From TPA_inf: Saccharomyces (taxonomy: Eukaryota), in NCBI GenBank assembly GCA_000146045.2, contig BK006944.2:32001-96000 (forward strand): 64,000 nucleotides of DNA, given 5' to 3'. The notes beneath the pieces were generated by a model, which made no database searches, was not told where the DNA came from, and worked only from the letters and a program-made list of their open reading frames with translations. Positions 43,821-54,224 of this stretch are shown here, in pieces (position 1 is the stretch's first letter; each line of letters opens with the position of its first letter). The position numbers and the translations under genes were made by a program.

Positions 43821-45032
43821 ATGCTTCGCAACTTAGTCGTCAGGAATGCGTGCAGAAACAGGCCGTCAATTCAAGTGGCAAGGGGGTTATGCCGACACCA
43901 AACAAGACGTCTCATGGCGTCCTCCCCTCAGTTCGGTAGGAACTCCAATCAGGAAAAAACAGCGGGCTTTATAATGGGGATTCTTTCTATGGCTGGTGCT
44001 TTATATTTTATTGCTCCTAATAGGAAGCCTCTTTTCGCCTCAAGGAAGGTAGAATCCGATAAAACCGCAGAGGAAGAGCTTTCCAGTGGTGGTGAGCAAT
44101 CACCAGAAAATGAAGATGACAACAACAGCAAAAGCGATGAAAATGGAGATGACAACGACAGCAAAAACGATGAAACTGAAGCTGGCCCTCAATTAGGGGG
44201 TGATAAAATTGGTGCTTCAAAAGTAGCTGAAGATGGTGAATTGGTTGTTCTAGCAGAAGAAGACAACAAGTCTTCCGAAGATAAAGATACTGATGAATCA
44301 AAGGTATCAACCAAAGATGATGAGCAATCCAATGAAGACAATGCCACCGCTAACAATCAAAAGGATGAAAACATAAGTTCTGAGAACTCGGAAGAAAATA
44401 CTAGTGACAAAACACTAGACAACAATGCTGGATCTTCTGAAAAAAAAGATCCAGAACATTCAGATGATGAAAAATCGCAACAGGGACAATCTGATGACAA
44501 GACAACTACTGAAGATAATAATGGAGAAGAAGAATCCTCAAAAAAAACTGTAAGTGACTCGGAAAATTCAGCTAAGCAATCTGAATCTAGCGATGAAGAG
44601 AAAGAAGAACTAAGAAAACAAGAGGAAAAGCAAATGGGTCCTACTGAAGAAGAGGTTCAACACGAAGGTGCTTATAACCCAGACACTGGTGAGATAAATT
44701 GGGACTGTCCTTGCTTGGGAGGTATGGCCCATGGACCCTGTGGTGAAGAGTTCAAATCTGCATTTTCTTGCTTCGTCTATTCTGAAGCTGAACCAAAAGG
44801 TATCGACTGTGTTGAAAAGTTTCAACATATGCAAGACTGTTTCAGAAAATACCCCGAGCATTATGCAGAACAACTAAAGGAAACATCTGATGATGAGGAA
44901 CCTCAAGACAAAGTAAAGGTCAACACAATAGAATCAGCGCCAAATGTTTCAAGCGCAAAGGAAAATGCTGCGAAAAAAGCAGAGCAATCAGATGTGAAAA
45001 AAGAACCATTGAATGAGGAATCCAAACCTTAA
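43821..45032 (+). CDS. MIA40: Mitochondrial intermembrane-space import and assembly oxidoreductase
   Basis: 403 aa from the Met at 43821 ([10 protein letters not shown]..., an N-terminal presequence plus TM anchor). The ORF track starts 24 codons upstream. A long acidic Asp/Glu/Ser-rich linker is followed by a CPC redox motif and a twin Cx9C core (CPCLGG...C x9 C ... C x9 C). Confidence 0.93.
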   Translation: MLRNLVVRNACRNRPSIQVARGLCRHQTRRLMASSPQFGRNSNQEKTAGFIMGILSMAGALYFIAPNRKPLFASRKVESDKTAEEELSSGGEQSPENEDDNNSKSDENGDDNDSKNDETEAGPQLGGDKIGASKVAEDGELVVLAEEDNKSSEDKDTDESKVSTKDDEQSNEDNATANNQKDENISSENSEENTSDKTLDNNAGSSEKKDPEHSDDEKSQQGQSDDKTTTEDNNGEEESSKKTVSDSENSAKQSESSDEEKEELRKQEEKQMGPTEEEVQHEGAYNPDTGEINWDCPCLGGMAHGPCGEEFKSAFSCFVYSEAEPKGIDCVEKFQHMQDCFRKYPEHYAEQLKETSDDEEPQDKVKVNTIESAPNVSSAKENAAKKAEQSDVKKEPLNEESKP

Positions 45033-45257
45033 AATCTCCTGAAAATCTCCCGAACGTAAAAAGTATAAAAGTATAAAGGATGATACATGTAAATACAGTA
45101 ATATTATCTTAGTTTAATGACTACATATGGTATAATATGTGAAATATACATGAATTAATGCATCTGTGGGGCGGATGAGTCTAGTCTCTGTATGAATCCA
45201 GCTATACATCAAATCGTATCCTTTTATTTACAGGGCAAGTTTGTCATATATTTTAAG

Positions 45258-46646
45258 TTACTTGTAGTTTTTTTCCAGCTCAATAAATTTTTCCCAAATT
45301 TGAGACATTGTAAGTTTCTCGAAACTCTTTCTATTATCACGTTCTCGAATGTTGTATTTCTGTAACTGTACTTCCTCATCACCCACGATAATTAAATAGG
45401 AATAGTTTTTCAAAATGGCCGACTTGATCCTATACCCTACGGGTTCGTTTCTTATGTCGAGATCAACATTGAAATGCCAATCATTTAAAGGAACTGGTTC
45501 CATGTCGTCGGCTTCCAGTTCATTACGTAGTTTTTTCTGCAAGGCAGTGCACATGTCTAGCTGTTGCACATTTTTCGTATTGACGGGAATAATTACAGCT
45601 TGGTAAGGATTCAACCAAAACGGCCAACGGCCCTCATTAGAATCTATCAGTAAAGCCATAAATCTTTCGATAGAACCAAAAGTAGCTCTATGAATCATAA
45701 TTGGCCTCTTGTACGAGTTGTCTTGATCCTTGAATTTCAAATCGAACCTCTCAGGTAGCTGAAAGTCCAACTGAATAGTAGCGACTTGATGAGTTTTGCG
45801 TAAATGGTCCGTAACCATTATATCCAACTTTGGACCATAGAACGCACCATCACCAGGGTTCAGTTTCCACGGTTTGCCTGATTCTTCCAAGATTTCCTTG
45901 AGTACTTGCTCAGCATGATTCCAAACTTTGAGGTCTCCAATGAAGTGATCCGGTCTTGTAGAAAAGTTTATAAAATAATTGCTCTCTGCTCCAGAACCTC
46001 CTTTAACAAAGGGGAAAATTTTGTTGTAAACTATGTCGATTAATTTTAAAGAGTTGAAAATTTCTGATTTCACTTGGGAAGGAGTGCAAAAGATATGACC
46101 ATCGTCTTGATGGAACTTCCTTAGTCTAGTCAATCCCGACAGTGCACCAGAAGCTTCATTTCTATGTAGTGGTGAAAAATCAGAGAAGCGTAGGGGAAGT
46201 TCGTTATACGATCTATCCTTTTTACCGAAGATCAGACAATGGCCTGGGCAATTCATCGGTTTTAAACCGTATTCCTCCTTTTCTTCATCCGTAGTTTCCA
46301 CCTTAAACATGTCATCAGCATAATTTTCCCAGTGACCAGACTTTTCCCAAAGAGTCTTTTTGTAAATCAAAGGCGTCACAACTTCATTAAAACCAAATTT
46401 GAACTTTTGTTGTAACTTCATAAACTCTATCAATTTGTTGAAAATCTTAGCACCATTTGGAAGAAAGAACATGGATCCAGGAGATAGTGGATCTGTCATG
46501 AAAAGATCTTGCCTCTGAGATACCATGGATGTCATAGTAGCTGGAGTCGCCGACGAAGCGTTCTTAGTGGCCTTTCTCGTAGAGTAGAAAGCACGATTCC
46601 AAAGAGCATTGCGAGAACAATGCCATCTTACAAGTTGTATTTTCAT
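45258..46646 (-). CDS. MST1: Mitochondrial threonyl-tRNA synthetase (class II, lacks the N-terminal editing domain)
   Basis: 462 aa with class II aaRS motifs and a C-terminal anticodon-binding domain. The length matches YKL194C. Confidence 0.9.
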   Translation of the reverse strand: MKIQLVRWHCSRNALWNRAFYSTRKATKNASSATPATMTSMVSQRQDLFMTDPLSPGSMFFLPNGAKIFNKLIEFMKLQQKFKFGFNEVVTPLIYKKTLWEKSGHWENYADDMFKVETTDEEKEEYGLKPMNCPGHCLIFGKKDRSYNELPLRFSDFSPLHRNEASGALSGLTRLRKFHQDDGHIFCTPSQVKSEIFNSLKLIDIVYNKIFPFVKGGSGAESNYFINFSTRPDHFIGDLKVWNHAEQVLKEILEESGKPWKLNPGDGAFYGPKLDIMVTDHLRKTHQVATIQLDFQLPERFDLKFKDQDNSYKRPIMIHRATFGSIERFMALLIDSNEGRWPFWLNPYQAVIIPVNTKNVQQLDMCTALQKKLRNELEADDMEPVPLNDWHFNVDLDIRNEPVGYRIKSAILKNYSYLIIVGDEEVQLQKYNIRERDNRKSFEKLTMSQIWEKFIELEKNYK

Positions 46647-46800
46647 ATTGCGAGACAGAAGGACGTGCCCTTAGCTATTGCATATGTTTTTCTTTATGTA
46701 GTTCAGCAGCTCTTCTTTTTTTCATGCTCGAGGTTTTTAAGGGCGAACTTTAACTAGATGGATTATTCAGTTTTTTTTAAAAGGATCAAAATCCTACATT

Positions 46801-46822
46801 ATATATATATATATATATATAT
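46801..46822. repeat. (AT)11 microsatellite followed by (GT)5 in the MST1/SDS22 3' intergenic region
   Basis: Read directly. Confidence 0.95.
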
Positions 46823-46865
46823 GTTTGTGTGTGTATATAAAAAAAAAATCATTTCTTGATCAAGA

Positions 46866-47882
46866 TCAGCCTCTTATATATGTCGCATCAATCTTCTGTA
46901 GGGATGGAGGTAAGTTCATAGTCAGTTTTCTTCTATACGAAGTCTTATTTTCCAGTTGAATAGGGTTTCCCTCCAGATAAATGGTCTCCAAGCGTGATAG
47001 GGCGGACAGGTTTTCACCCAAGCTCTCAAAGGATTGATCTATCTTGTTAAAGGAGGCCCATATGTCAGTTAAATTTGACAGGTGGTTCAAGTTTTCCAGG
47101 GAGGTAATTTTGTTGGAGGTCACGTCCAAAGTAGTTAGTTTTAGGTTTTTCTCTAGACCTTCAATCTTGGTGATGAAATTATGTGACAGATAGAGCTCTT
47201 CAAGATTGGTCAACTCTTCTAGATTTTCAATTTTTTTTAATTTATTAGATTGGATGGACAATATCTTCAAATTCTTTAAAGGATGTAAGTTAATAAGTCT
47301 TGGTATGGAATTTTTACCCAACCAAATTTCTTCCAAGTTTGACAGACCTTCGAAGGAATCGGGTTCAATAGAATGAACCTTATTACCACCTAATTCTAAG
47401 TTTTTCAGTGATTTCAAAGTGGACAGATTTTCAATTTTGGAAATGCTGTTCTGCACGAAGTATAAATTCTCCAGATCAGTCAAATTTTCTAGATTTTTGA
47501 TGTGCTTGATCTTGTTAAACGACAGGTCTAGAGACGTTAATTTGGTGAGCTTATTAACATTAGAGGAGATATGTTTAATTTTGTTATCGTAAAAATCAAG
47601 GTCAACAATCTTGTCATGGGGTAAAACTTCCACTTCGCTTATGCTTTCGATCAGGTTCTGTCTGAGACATAATTGTTTCAAATTCTTGAACCTATAAAGG
47701 TTCAAATCTTCTAACGATTTGATTTTTAGATGGACCAAGTCAATAACCTCTACATCATCAGGCAGATCTTGTGTCAGTTCCGAATCTGCAGTGATGAAGT
47801 CAGGATTTGTATCGTCTACAACCTCAATCTTGTGTCTTTCGTCTTTTTCTTCACTATCTTTGTTAACTGAATTCTTATCCAT
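46866..47882 (-). CDS. SDS22: Leucine-rich-repeat regulatory subunit of protein phosphatase 1 (Glc7)
   Basis: 338 aa with about 11 consecutive 22-residue LRRs (LxxLxxLxLxxNxIxxIxxLxx). The length matches YKL193C. Confidence 0.93.
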   Translation of the reverse strand: MDKNSVNKDSEEKDERHKIEVVDDTNPDFITADSELTQDLPDDVEVIDLVHLKIKSLEDLNLYRFKNLKQLCLRQNLIESISEVEVLPHDKIVDLDFYDNKIKHISSNVNKLTKLTSLDLSFNKIKHIKNLENLTDLENLYFVQNSISKIENLSTLKSLKNLELGGNKVHSIEPDSFEGLSNLEEIWLGKNSIPRLINLHPLKNLKILSIQSNKLKKIENLEELTNLEELYLSHNFITKIEGLEKNLKLTTLDVTSNKITSLENLNHLSNLTDIWASFNKIDQSFESLGENLSALSRLETIYLEGNPIQLENKTSYRRKLTMNLPPSLQKIDATYIRG

Positions 47883-48159
47883 AATGATGGCTATGTGGTG
47901 CTAGATTTCTTCCGACTTCTTGCTATTTTCATTCAAAAGGTTATACATGTTTTATTTTTCAACAGTACCTTAATATATAATAATTCGGGGCCAAAATAAC
48001 AAACAACGAGAAAAAGGGAGGAGAGAGTAAAGTATAGTATTAACAGGGCTGGTTATATAGATATATATATATACGGGTCAATCGATCTATTTATATACAT
48101 ACGAATATAATATGACATGGGGGTGACACGATACAATATAATAGAGCGGGGACGGACAC

Positions 48160-48537
48160 TTAGTTTGCGTCGGGATTGGAAGCGATATAATCGACCGTTT
48201 CACCAACACTTCTCAACTCATCAGCCACTTTGTCAGGGATTTCAATATCAAATTCTTCTTCAATAGCTACGAGCAGCTCGACAGTGTCCAAGGAGTCCAA
48301 CCCCAAATCCTTGTGAAATTGGGTATCGCTGGAGATTTGCTTGTTGGCAATGTTGGGAGAGTTCTTATCAAACGCCTTGATAACATCAATGACCCTTTGA
48401 GAAACCTGATCTTTGCTCAAGTTTGCAGAATAAAATCTTTGTGCGAGTATGGTGTTGGACATAACGGAACGGCCCATTATAGTGCGGTACGCAGAAGGTG
48501 CCACGCGGGAAGAAATGCGGCAAACGGATCTAAACAT
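48160..48537 (-). CDS. ACP1: Mitochondrial acyl carrier protein
   Basis: 125 aa with an N-terminal presequence and the phosphopantetheine attachment motif [12 protein letters not shown]. The length matches YKL192C. Confidence 0.93.
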   Translation of the reverse strand: MFRSVCRISSRVAPSAYRTIMGRSVMSNTILAQRFYSANLSKDQVSQRVIDVIKAFDKNSPNIANKQISSDTQFHKDLGLDSLDTVELLVAIEEEFDIEIPDKVADELRSVGETVDYIASNPDAN

Positions 48538-49034
48538 GGCAAGGAAGGTGCTGTATTGAGTTAGTTGTGTTGTTTGTACTAATTACACTGCAAGTGTGAC
48601 TATTCTTCCTTTTGCTTCGTCATCACCACCTTTCTCTTTTACTCAGAACCCGTTCGAAGGGGCGAAGAAAGAAGCAATTGACAAATAATCTGTATTCCGT
48701 CAACAGTGATATATGTCACGTGACTCTGATAAAACTCCATGGAGTCTCTTCGGAGTGTATGTGTGAAAAGAATAATACATATAAGACATCTACAGGATCA
48801 GTCTGATAGTTTTAATGCTATGGTAGACTTCAGAATGTCTTTTTAAGTATGCCATTTGGTTAAATCTGTCCTTTTATATGTACTTGGTGCTTCTTTTTTC
48901 TTTACTTTTTTTTTTTTCAGTGAGAAGCTCATCGCAACAAGAAGAAAAAAGACTAGTTCAAAGGTAAAAGAGTTAAGATGATTAGTGATGGATTTCTAAG
49001 TGGCAGCGTTGAAAGATCGTGCAAAGGTTGAAAA

Positions 49035-50639
49035 ATGGAAGTTGCACCGGCCTTATCGACTACTCAGTCGGACGTGGCGTTTCAGAAGGTGGAGACACAT
49101 GAAATTGACAGGTCTTCATACTTGGGGCCATGTTATAATAGCGATGAGCTTATGCAACTTATCTCGGCTTATTACAATGTCGAGCCTCTCGTGGGTTATC
49201 TGGAACAGCACCCGGAGTACCAAAACGTGACCTTGCAGTTTCCTGACGATTTAATCAAGGACTCCTCGTTGATAGTAAGGCTGCTGCAATCGAAATTTCC
49301 CCATGGGAAGATAAAGTTTTGGGTTTTAGCTGACACAGCGTACAGTGCATGCTGTGTAGACGAGGTCGCTGCTGAACACGTACATGCAGAAGTCGTGGTA
49401 CATTTTGGTGACGCATGTTTGAACGCCATCCAAAACTTGCCCGTGGTTTACTCATTCGGAACTCCATTTTTGGATTTGGCACTGGTGGTGGAGAACTTTC
49501 AGAGGGCATTCCCAGACTTATCCTCCAAAATTTGTTTGATGGCAAACGCACCCTTCTCTAAGCATTTGTCACAGCTGTACAATATTTTGAAGGGCGACCT
49601 GCACTACACAAATATCATATATTCCCAAGTGAACACCTCTGCGGTAGAAGAAAAATTCGTAACCATACTTGACACCTTTCACGTTCCCGAAGACGTAGAC
49701 CAGGTGGGTGTGTTCGAAAAAAATAGCGTGCTGTTTGGTCAGCACGACAAAGCAGACAACATCTCGCCCGAGGACTATCATCTTTTCCATTTGACCACCC
49801 CACAGGATCCGAGATTACTGTATTTGTCTACTGTGTTTCAATCTGTTCATATTTTCGATCCGGCTTTACCTGGCATGGTAACGGGGCCATTTCCCTCTCT
49901 AATGAGGCGTTACAAGTACATGCATGTGGCAAGAACAGCGGGATGTATAGGTATTCTGGTCAACACGCTGTCGCTACGTAATACAAGAGAAACTATCAAC
50001 GAGCTGGTCAAGCTTATCAAAACTCGTGAGAAAAAACACTATTTATTTGTTGTCGGAAAGCCAAATGTGGCCAAGCTAGCAAACTTTGAAGATATTGATA
50101 TTTGGTGCATTCTCGGTTGTAGCCAAAGCGGTATCATCGTTGATCAATTCAACGAGTTTTACAAGCCCATTATTACACCTTATGAATTAAACTTGGCCTT
50201 GAGCGAAGAGGTCACATGGACCGGGAAATGGGTTGTGGACTTCAGAGACGCCATTGATGAAATCGAGCAGAATTTGGGCGGACAAGATACCATCTCTGCC
50301 AGCACAACTTCCGATGAACCGGAGTTTGATGTAGTTAGGGGAAGATATACTAGCACATCAAGACCACTGCGAGCGCTAACGCACCTGGAGTTAGAGGCGG
50401 CCGACGACGACGATTCCAAACAACTGACTACAAGACATACCGCCTCAGGTGCCGTCATTAAAGGTACTGTATCCACTTCAGCATCAGCACTGCAGAATCG
50501 TTCGTGGAAAGGTCTAGGAAGCGATTTCGACTCTACTGAGGTTGATAATACTGGAGCGGATATCGAAGAAGGTATTTCCGGTGTCGCACGTGGTTATGGA
50601 TTTGATCGCGAAGACGCTATGAAAAAGGAAAACAAATGA
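49035..50639 (+). CDS. DPH2: Diphthamide biosynthesis protein 2 (radical-SAM Dph1/Dph2 family)
   Basis: 534 aa. The length and its position between ACP1 and CNB1 match YKL191W. Confidence 0.88.
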
Positions 50640-50946
50640 CTCTTATAATTTGTTTCCCTCGACTTCTCTATTTAAATCCAAGATTTTAACTAATAAACTA
50701 TTTAATAATAAAACAATTAACTCTTTATATGGAAGCCTTGGAAATTAGCCGCCAAAATGGGATATACATTCCGTGCGAAGTGACCGCGTGGAAGGCCGGG
50801 TATCATCTTAAAAATCACTAGTTTCTTTTTTAGCGGAATGCAATAAAGGTGCTTTGTGCTGGTGTGGTTTACACGGAACATCTAGTAGCTAAAACTTGGT
50901 AACTCAATGGTGATCAGAATCCATAGAAGCATTTTTATTTCTTAAA

Positions 50947-50998
50947 ATGGGTGCTGCTCCTTCCAAAATTGTGGATGGTCTTTTAGAAGATACAAATT
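50947..50998 (+). CDS. CNB1: Calcineurin B regulatory subunit, exon 1 (MGAAPSKIVDGLLEDTN plus the first nt of the Phe codon)
   Basis: The ATG at 50947 encodes an N-myristoylation consensus MGAAPS. The exon ends immediately before GTATGT at 50999. Confidence 0.9.
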
Positions 50999-51074
50999 GT
51001 ATGTACACTTCGGAGTGAGGAAAAGAAAGAAAGGGGAAATTAACCGATTTTACTAACACTGACACTTTGAACAG
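50999..51074 (+). other. CNB1 spliceosomal intron (76 nt)
   Basis: 5' splice site GTATGT at 50999, branchpoint TACTAAC at 51051-51057 and 3' splice site CAG ending at 51074. Splicing joins the reading frame to give ...[18 protein letters not shown]... Confidence 0.9.
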
Positions 51075-51550
51075 TTGATAGAGATGAAATTGAAAGGTTA
51101 AGGAAGAGATTCATGAAATTAGATAGAGATAGCTCAGGGTCTATTGATAAAAATGAATTTATGAGCATTCCTGGCGTTTCGTCAAACCCTCTTGCTGGAC
51201 GTATAATGGAGGTTTTCGATGCTGATAATAGTGGGGACGTGGATTTTCAAGAGTTCATCACAGGATTATCCATTTTCAGTGGGCGTGGGTCCAAGGACGA
51301 AAAGTTAAGATTCGCCTTCAAAATCTACGACATTGACAAGGACGGTTTCATATCCAATGGTGAGTTGTTCATCGTGTTGAAGATTATGGTAGGTTCTAAT
51401 CTGGACGATGAACAGCTGCAACAGATAGTAGATAGGACGATAGTGGAAAACGATAGCGACGGCGACGGACGTTTAAGTTTCGAGGAGTTTAAGAATGCTA
51501 TCGAAACCACAGAAGTGGCCAAGAGTCTGACATTGCAATACGATGTGTAA
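51075..51550 (+). CDS. CNB1: Calcineurin B regulatory subunit, exon 2 (four EF-hands); the spliced product is 175 aa
   Basis: Contains EF-hand loops [36 protein letters not shown] and [12 protein letters not shown]. The ORF track shows only the in-frame Met at 51113, giving 145 aa. Confidence 0.92.
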
Positions 51551-52207
51551 GACTAGGGGACACTTCATTCATTTATGGTATGCCAATATTTTTAAGAAAA
51601 GAAGAATAATACGCGATATTGTTTTTTAAGGAAGGAACGCACACTCGCCCAGTTAGAGTGCTGATGATATATACATATATATATGTATATGTAACAAACA
51701 ATAAGAAAGCAATGATACAACATAGAGATGAGAGAGAGCATATATGTCAGCGACGAGATATACCAAGATGGAAGCTGATCTCATGTAATAACTGCGGGGT
51801 GTACTTTGATAATTTTTGGGATTCCATTGTTATTAATAGCTTTGATATCAGACATACAGAATACCAGAGATTTTCCTCAAAAATATGGCAATGCACAAAG
51901 GGGGATCAATAGTTATATAAATTAAGATTATTACTTCTTCTTTGTTTTATGTGTTGTTATTCACTATCCCACTGCATTATCAATCCTTACATATCAGCTT
52001 CCGTTAAACCCGATGACTATCTCTCAATCATCATACTATCTTCTTACACCGTATATGATAATTACCAGCAATACTAATGCTAGGAGACAGACCATCTTTG
52101 ATTCCTATTCCAATAAAGTTAAACTGTGATATTGGTTTATTGGATAAGTTCATATCCTAAAACGTGTTGACAACACTTCGGGAGTTTCCAGTAAGTAAAA
52201 TTTGTAT

Positions 52208-52291
52208 GGAGGGTTGGCCGAGTGGTCTAAGGCGGCAGACTTAAGATCTGTTGGACGGTTGTCCGCGCGAGTTCGAACCTCGCATCCTTCA
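52208..52291 (+). tRNA. tL(UAA)K: tRNA-Leu (anticodon UAA), 84 nt with long variable arm, no intron
   Basis: GGAGGGTTGGCCGAGTGGTCTAAGGCGGCAGACTTAAGATCTGTTGGACGGTTGTCCGCGCGAGTTCGAACCTCGCATCCTTCA has a D-arm with GGTCTAAGG, anticodon loop CTTAAGA (anticodon TAA), an extended variable arm and a T-arm with GTTCGAACC. It is followed by T11. Confidence 0.93.
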
Positions 52292-52295
52292 GTAA

Positions 52296-52306
52296 TTTTT
52301 TTTTTT
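52296..52306 (+). terminator. Pol III terminator (T11) downstream of tL(UAA)K
   Basis: ttttttttttt lies 5 nt past the tRNA 3' end. Confidence 0.8.
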
Positions 52307-52703
52307 AATTTATTTTTGTGTTGCAAGCGTTGATCCTTTCCATTATGCAGCCATAAGAGGAGGCTGGATATGAATTATTTATTACCAATATAAGGAGCAT
52401 GTACCGTTGATTTTGAAGAGCCAATTGCTCCAAATTTTGGATTTTGTGTTCGAAAAAGGGAAGATTGCTCCAAACGCAAATAAGGAGGAAACCCGCTGAT
52501 TGCACTCTTGGAAAAATAAAAATAAAAAGTGGTCTCAGAATTGTTTCAAAAGTGGCACTGACACAATATTTACAGGCGTTGATAGCTTCTTGTTTTAACA
52601 ATACGATTTAATCTCGGAGTAGTTAAGCCAAAGAATACGTGTTATCCGTAAGAGGCTTATTGCACGTAATCCCCAGTATAAATTATCCGCAAATCGAAGA
52701 CAA

Positions 52704-53903
52704 ATGTTTAAGAAATACAAAAATCAAGACTTGGACATGGCATTTTGGTGGAAGAAAAACCCCAAGACCCCTTCCGATTATGCCAGGTTGATCATCGAAC
52801 AACTAAATAAATTCAGCTCACCCTCGCTGACTCAGGATAACAAACGAAAGGTACAAGAAGAGTGCACAAAATATCTAATTGGCACTAAACATTTTATTGT
52901 CGGTGATACGGATCCTCACCCAACTCCGGAAGCCATTGACGAGCTTTATACTGCCATGCATCGTGCCGACGTGTTCTATGAACTGCTACTTCATTTTGTG
53001 GATTTGGAATTCGAAGCAAGGAGAGAATGCATGCTTATATTCTCTATATGCCTTGGATACTCTAAGGATAATAAATTCGTCACAGTAGATTATTTAGTCT
53101 CGCAACCAAAGACCATATCTTTAATGTTGAGGACTGCGGAAGTTGCTCTACAACAAAAGGGTTGCCAAGATATCTTTTTAACGGTAGGGAATATGATTAT
53201 TGAATGTATCAAATACGAACAACTTTGTAGGATTATATTAAAGGACCCTCAACTATGGAAATTCTTTGAGTTTGCGAAACTGGGTAATTTCGAAATCAGT
53301 ACGGAATCTTTACAAATATTAAGTGCCGCATTTACTGCACATCCTAAATTAGTGTCTAAGGAATTCTTCAGTAATGAGATTAATATCATAAGATTCATTA
53401 AATGTATTAACAAGTTAATGGCTCATGGAAGCTACGTAACGAAAAGGCAGAGCACTAAACTGTTGGCCTCATTAATTGTGATAAGATCTAACAACGCGTT
53501 GATGAATATATATATCAACTCCCCAGAAAACTTAAAGCTCATAATGACTTTAATGACTGACAAATCTAAAAACTTACAACTTGAAGCTTTCAACGTATTC
53601 AAGGTGATGGTAGCAAACCCAAGGAAGTCAAAACCTGTTTTTGACATTCTTGTTAAAAACAGAGATAAACTATTGACGTATTTTAAAACTTTCGGTTTAG
53701 ATTCTCAGGATTCTACTTTTCTTGATGAAAGAGAATTCATCGTTCAAGAAATTGATTCCTTGCCGCGTATAATTTCGTCCACAACAGAAGTTTCTAATAA
53801 TAATGCATCCTCAAGTAACGTCGCCAGTATAACTTCTCCATCATCAGTAATGAACAATCAATCATCCATCTTAACACATTCAACTTCACCTGATTCAAGA
53901 TAA
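52704..53903 (+). CDS. HYM1: Mo25-family scaffold of the RAM signalling network
   Basis: 399 aa. The Mo25-like armadillo-type core is followed by a Ser/Asn-rich tail. The length matches YKL189W. Confidence 0.9.
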   Translation: MFKKYKNQDLDMAFWWKKNPKTPSDYARLIIEQLNKFSSPSLTQDNKRKVQEECTKYLIGTKHFIVGDTDPHPTPEAIDELYTAMHRADVFYELLLHFVDLEFEARRECMLIFSICLGYSKDNKFVTVDYLVSQPKTISLMLRTAEVALQQKGCQDIFLTVGNMIIECIKYEQLCRIILKDPQLWKFFEFAKLGNFEISTESLQILSAAFTAHPKLVSKEFFSNEINIIRFIKCINKLMAHGSYVTKRQSTKLLASLIVIRSNNALMNIYINSPENLKLIMTLMTDKSKNLQLEAFNVFKVMVANPRKSKPVFDILVKNRDKLLTYFKTFGLDSQDSTFLDEREFIVQEIDSLPRIISSTTEVSNNNASSSNVASITSPSSVMNNQSSILTHSTSPDSR

Positions 53904-54224
53904 CTATAAAACTTGGTTCACTTTATAAAAAATGGAAAGTTCTCAGGCAGTGGGTCGTGACATGAATATTCAAAAGTAAAATTATATATAGGAAAGTGTT
54001 TATTTGCATAAAAAGGGAAAAATAGTTCAGACTTTTGTATTTTTACGTATTTATACAAAAAAAGGTTGGTACCGGAGGCTGAGGAAGCCAGTACAGTTGG
54101 ATCCGGTACATGGAATTGAGCAATCAACCGTAAATATGAGCGCTTTCTCAAGATATTAAATTATTATAAAACAATTTATTTATCCAATTTATACATGATT
54201 TGGATCCTCCTTTGGCTATGTATG

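Noticed and set aside
43949-44310. Minus-strand ORFs of 71 and 97 aa inside MIA40.
   Set aside because: They are antisense to the acidic Asp/Glu/Ser-rich MIA40 linker. GAT/GAA-rich coding sequence gives stop-free antisense frames (His/Leu/Ser-rich).
50790-50800. Reb1-like CCGGGTAT upstream of CNB1.
   Set aside because: The final base deviates from the TTACCCGG/CCGGGTAA consensus, so I did not list it as a feature.
51619-51912. 97-aa ORF between CNB1 and tL(UAA)K.
   Set aside because: It has no domain and no obvious codon-bias signal and sits in a tRNA-flanking AT-rich region, so it is likely spurious.
51900-52207. Possible LTR fragment upstream of tL(UAA)K, based on a short gattcctattcc match to delta GATTCCTATATCC.
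   Set aside because: The match is only about 12 bp with no extended colinearity to the delta, sigma or tau consensus sequences that I can recall, so it is insufficient to call an element.
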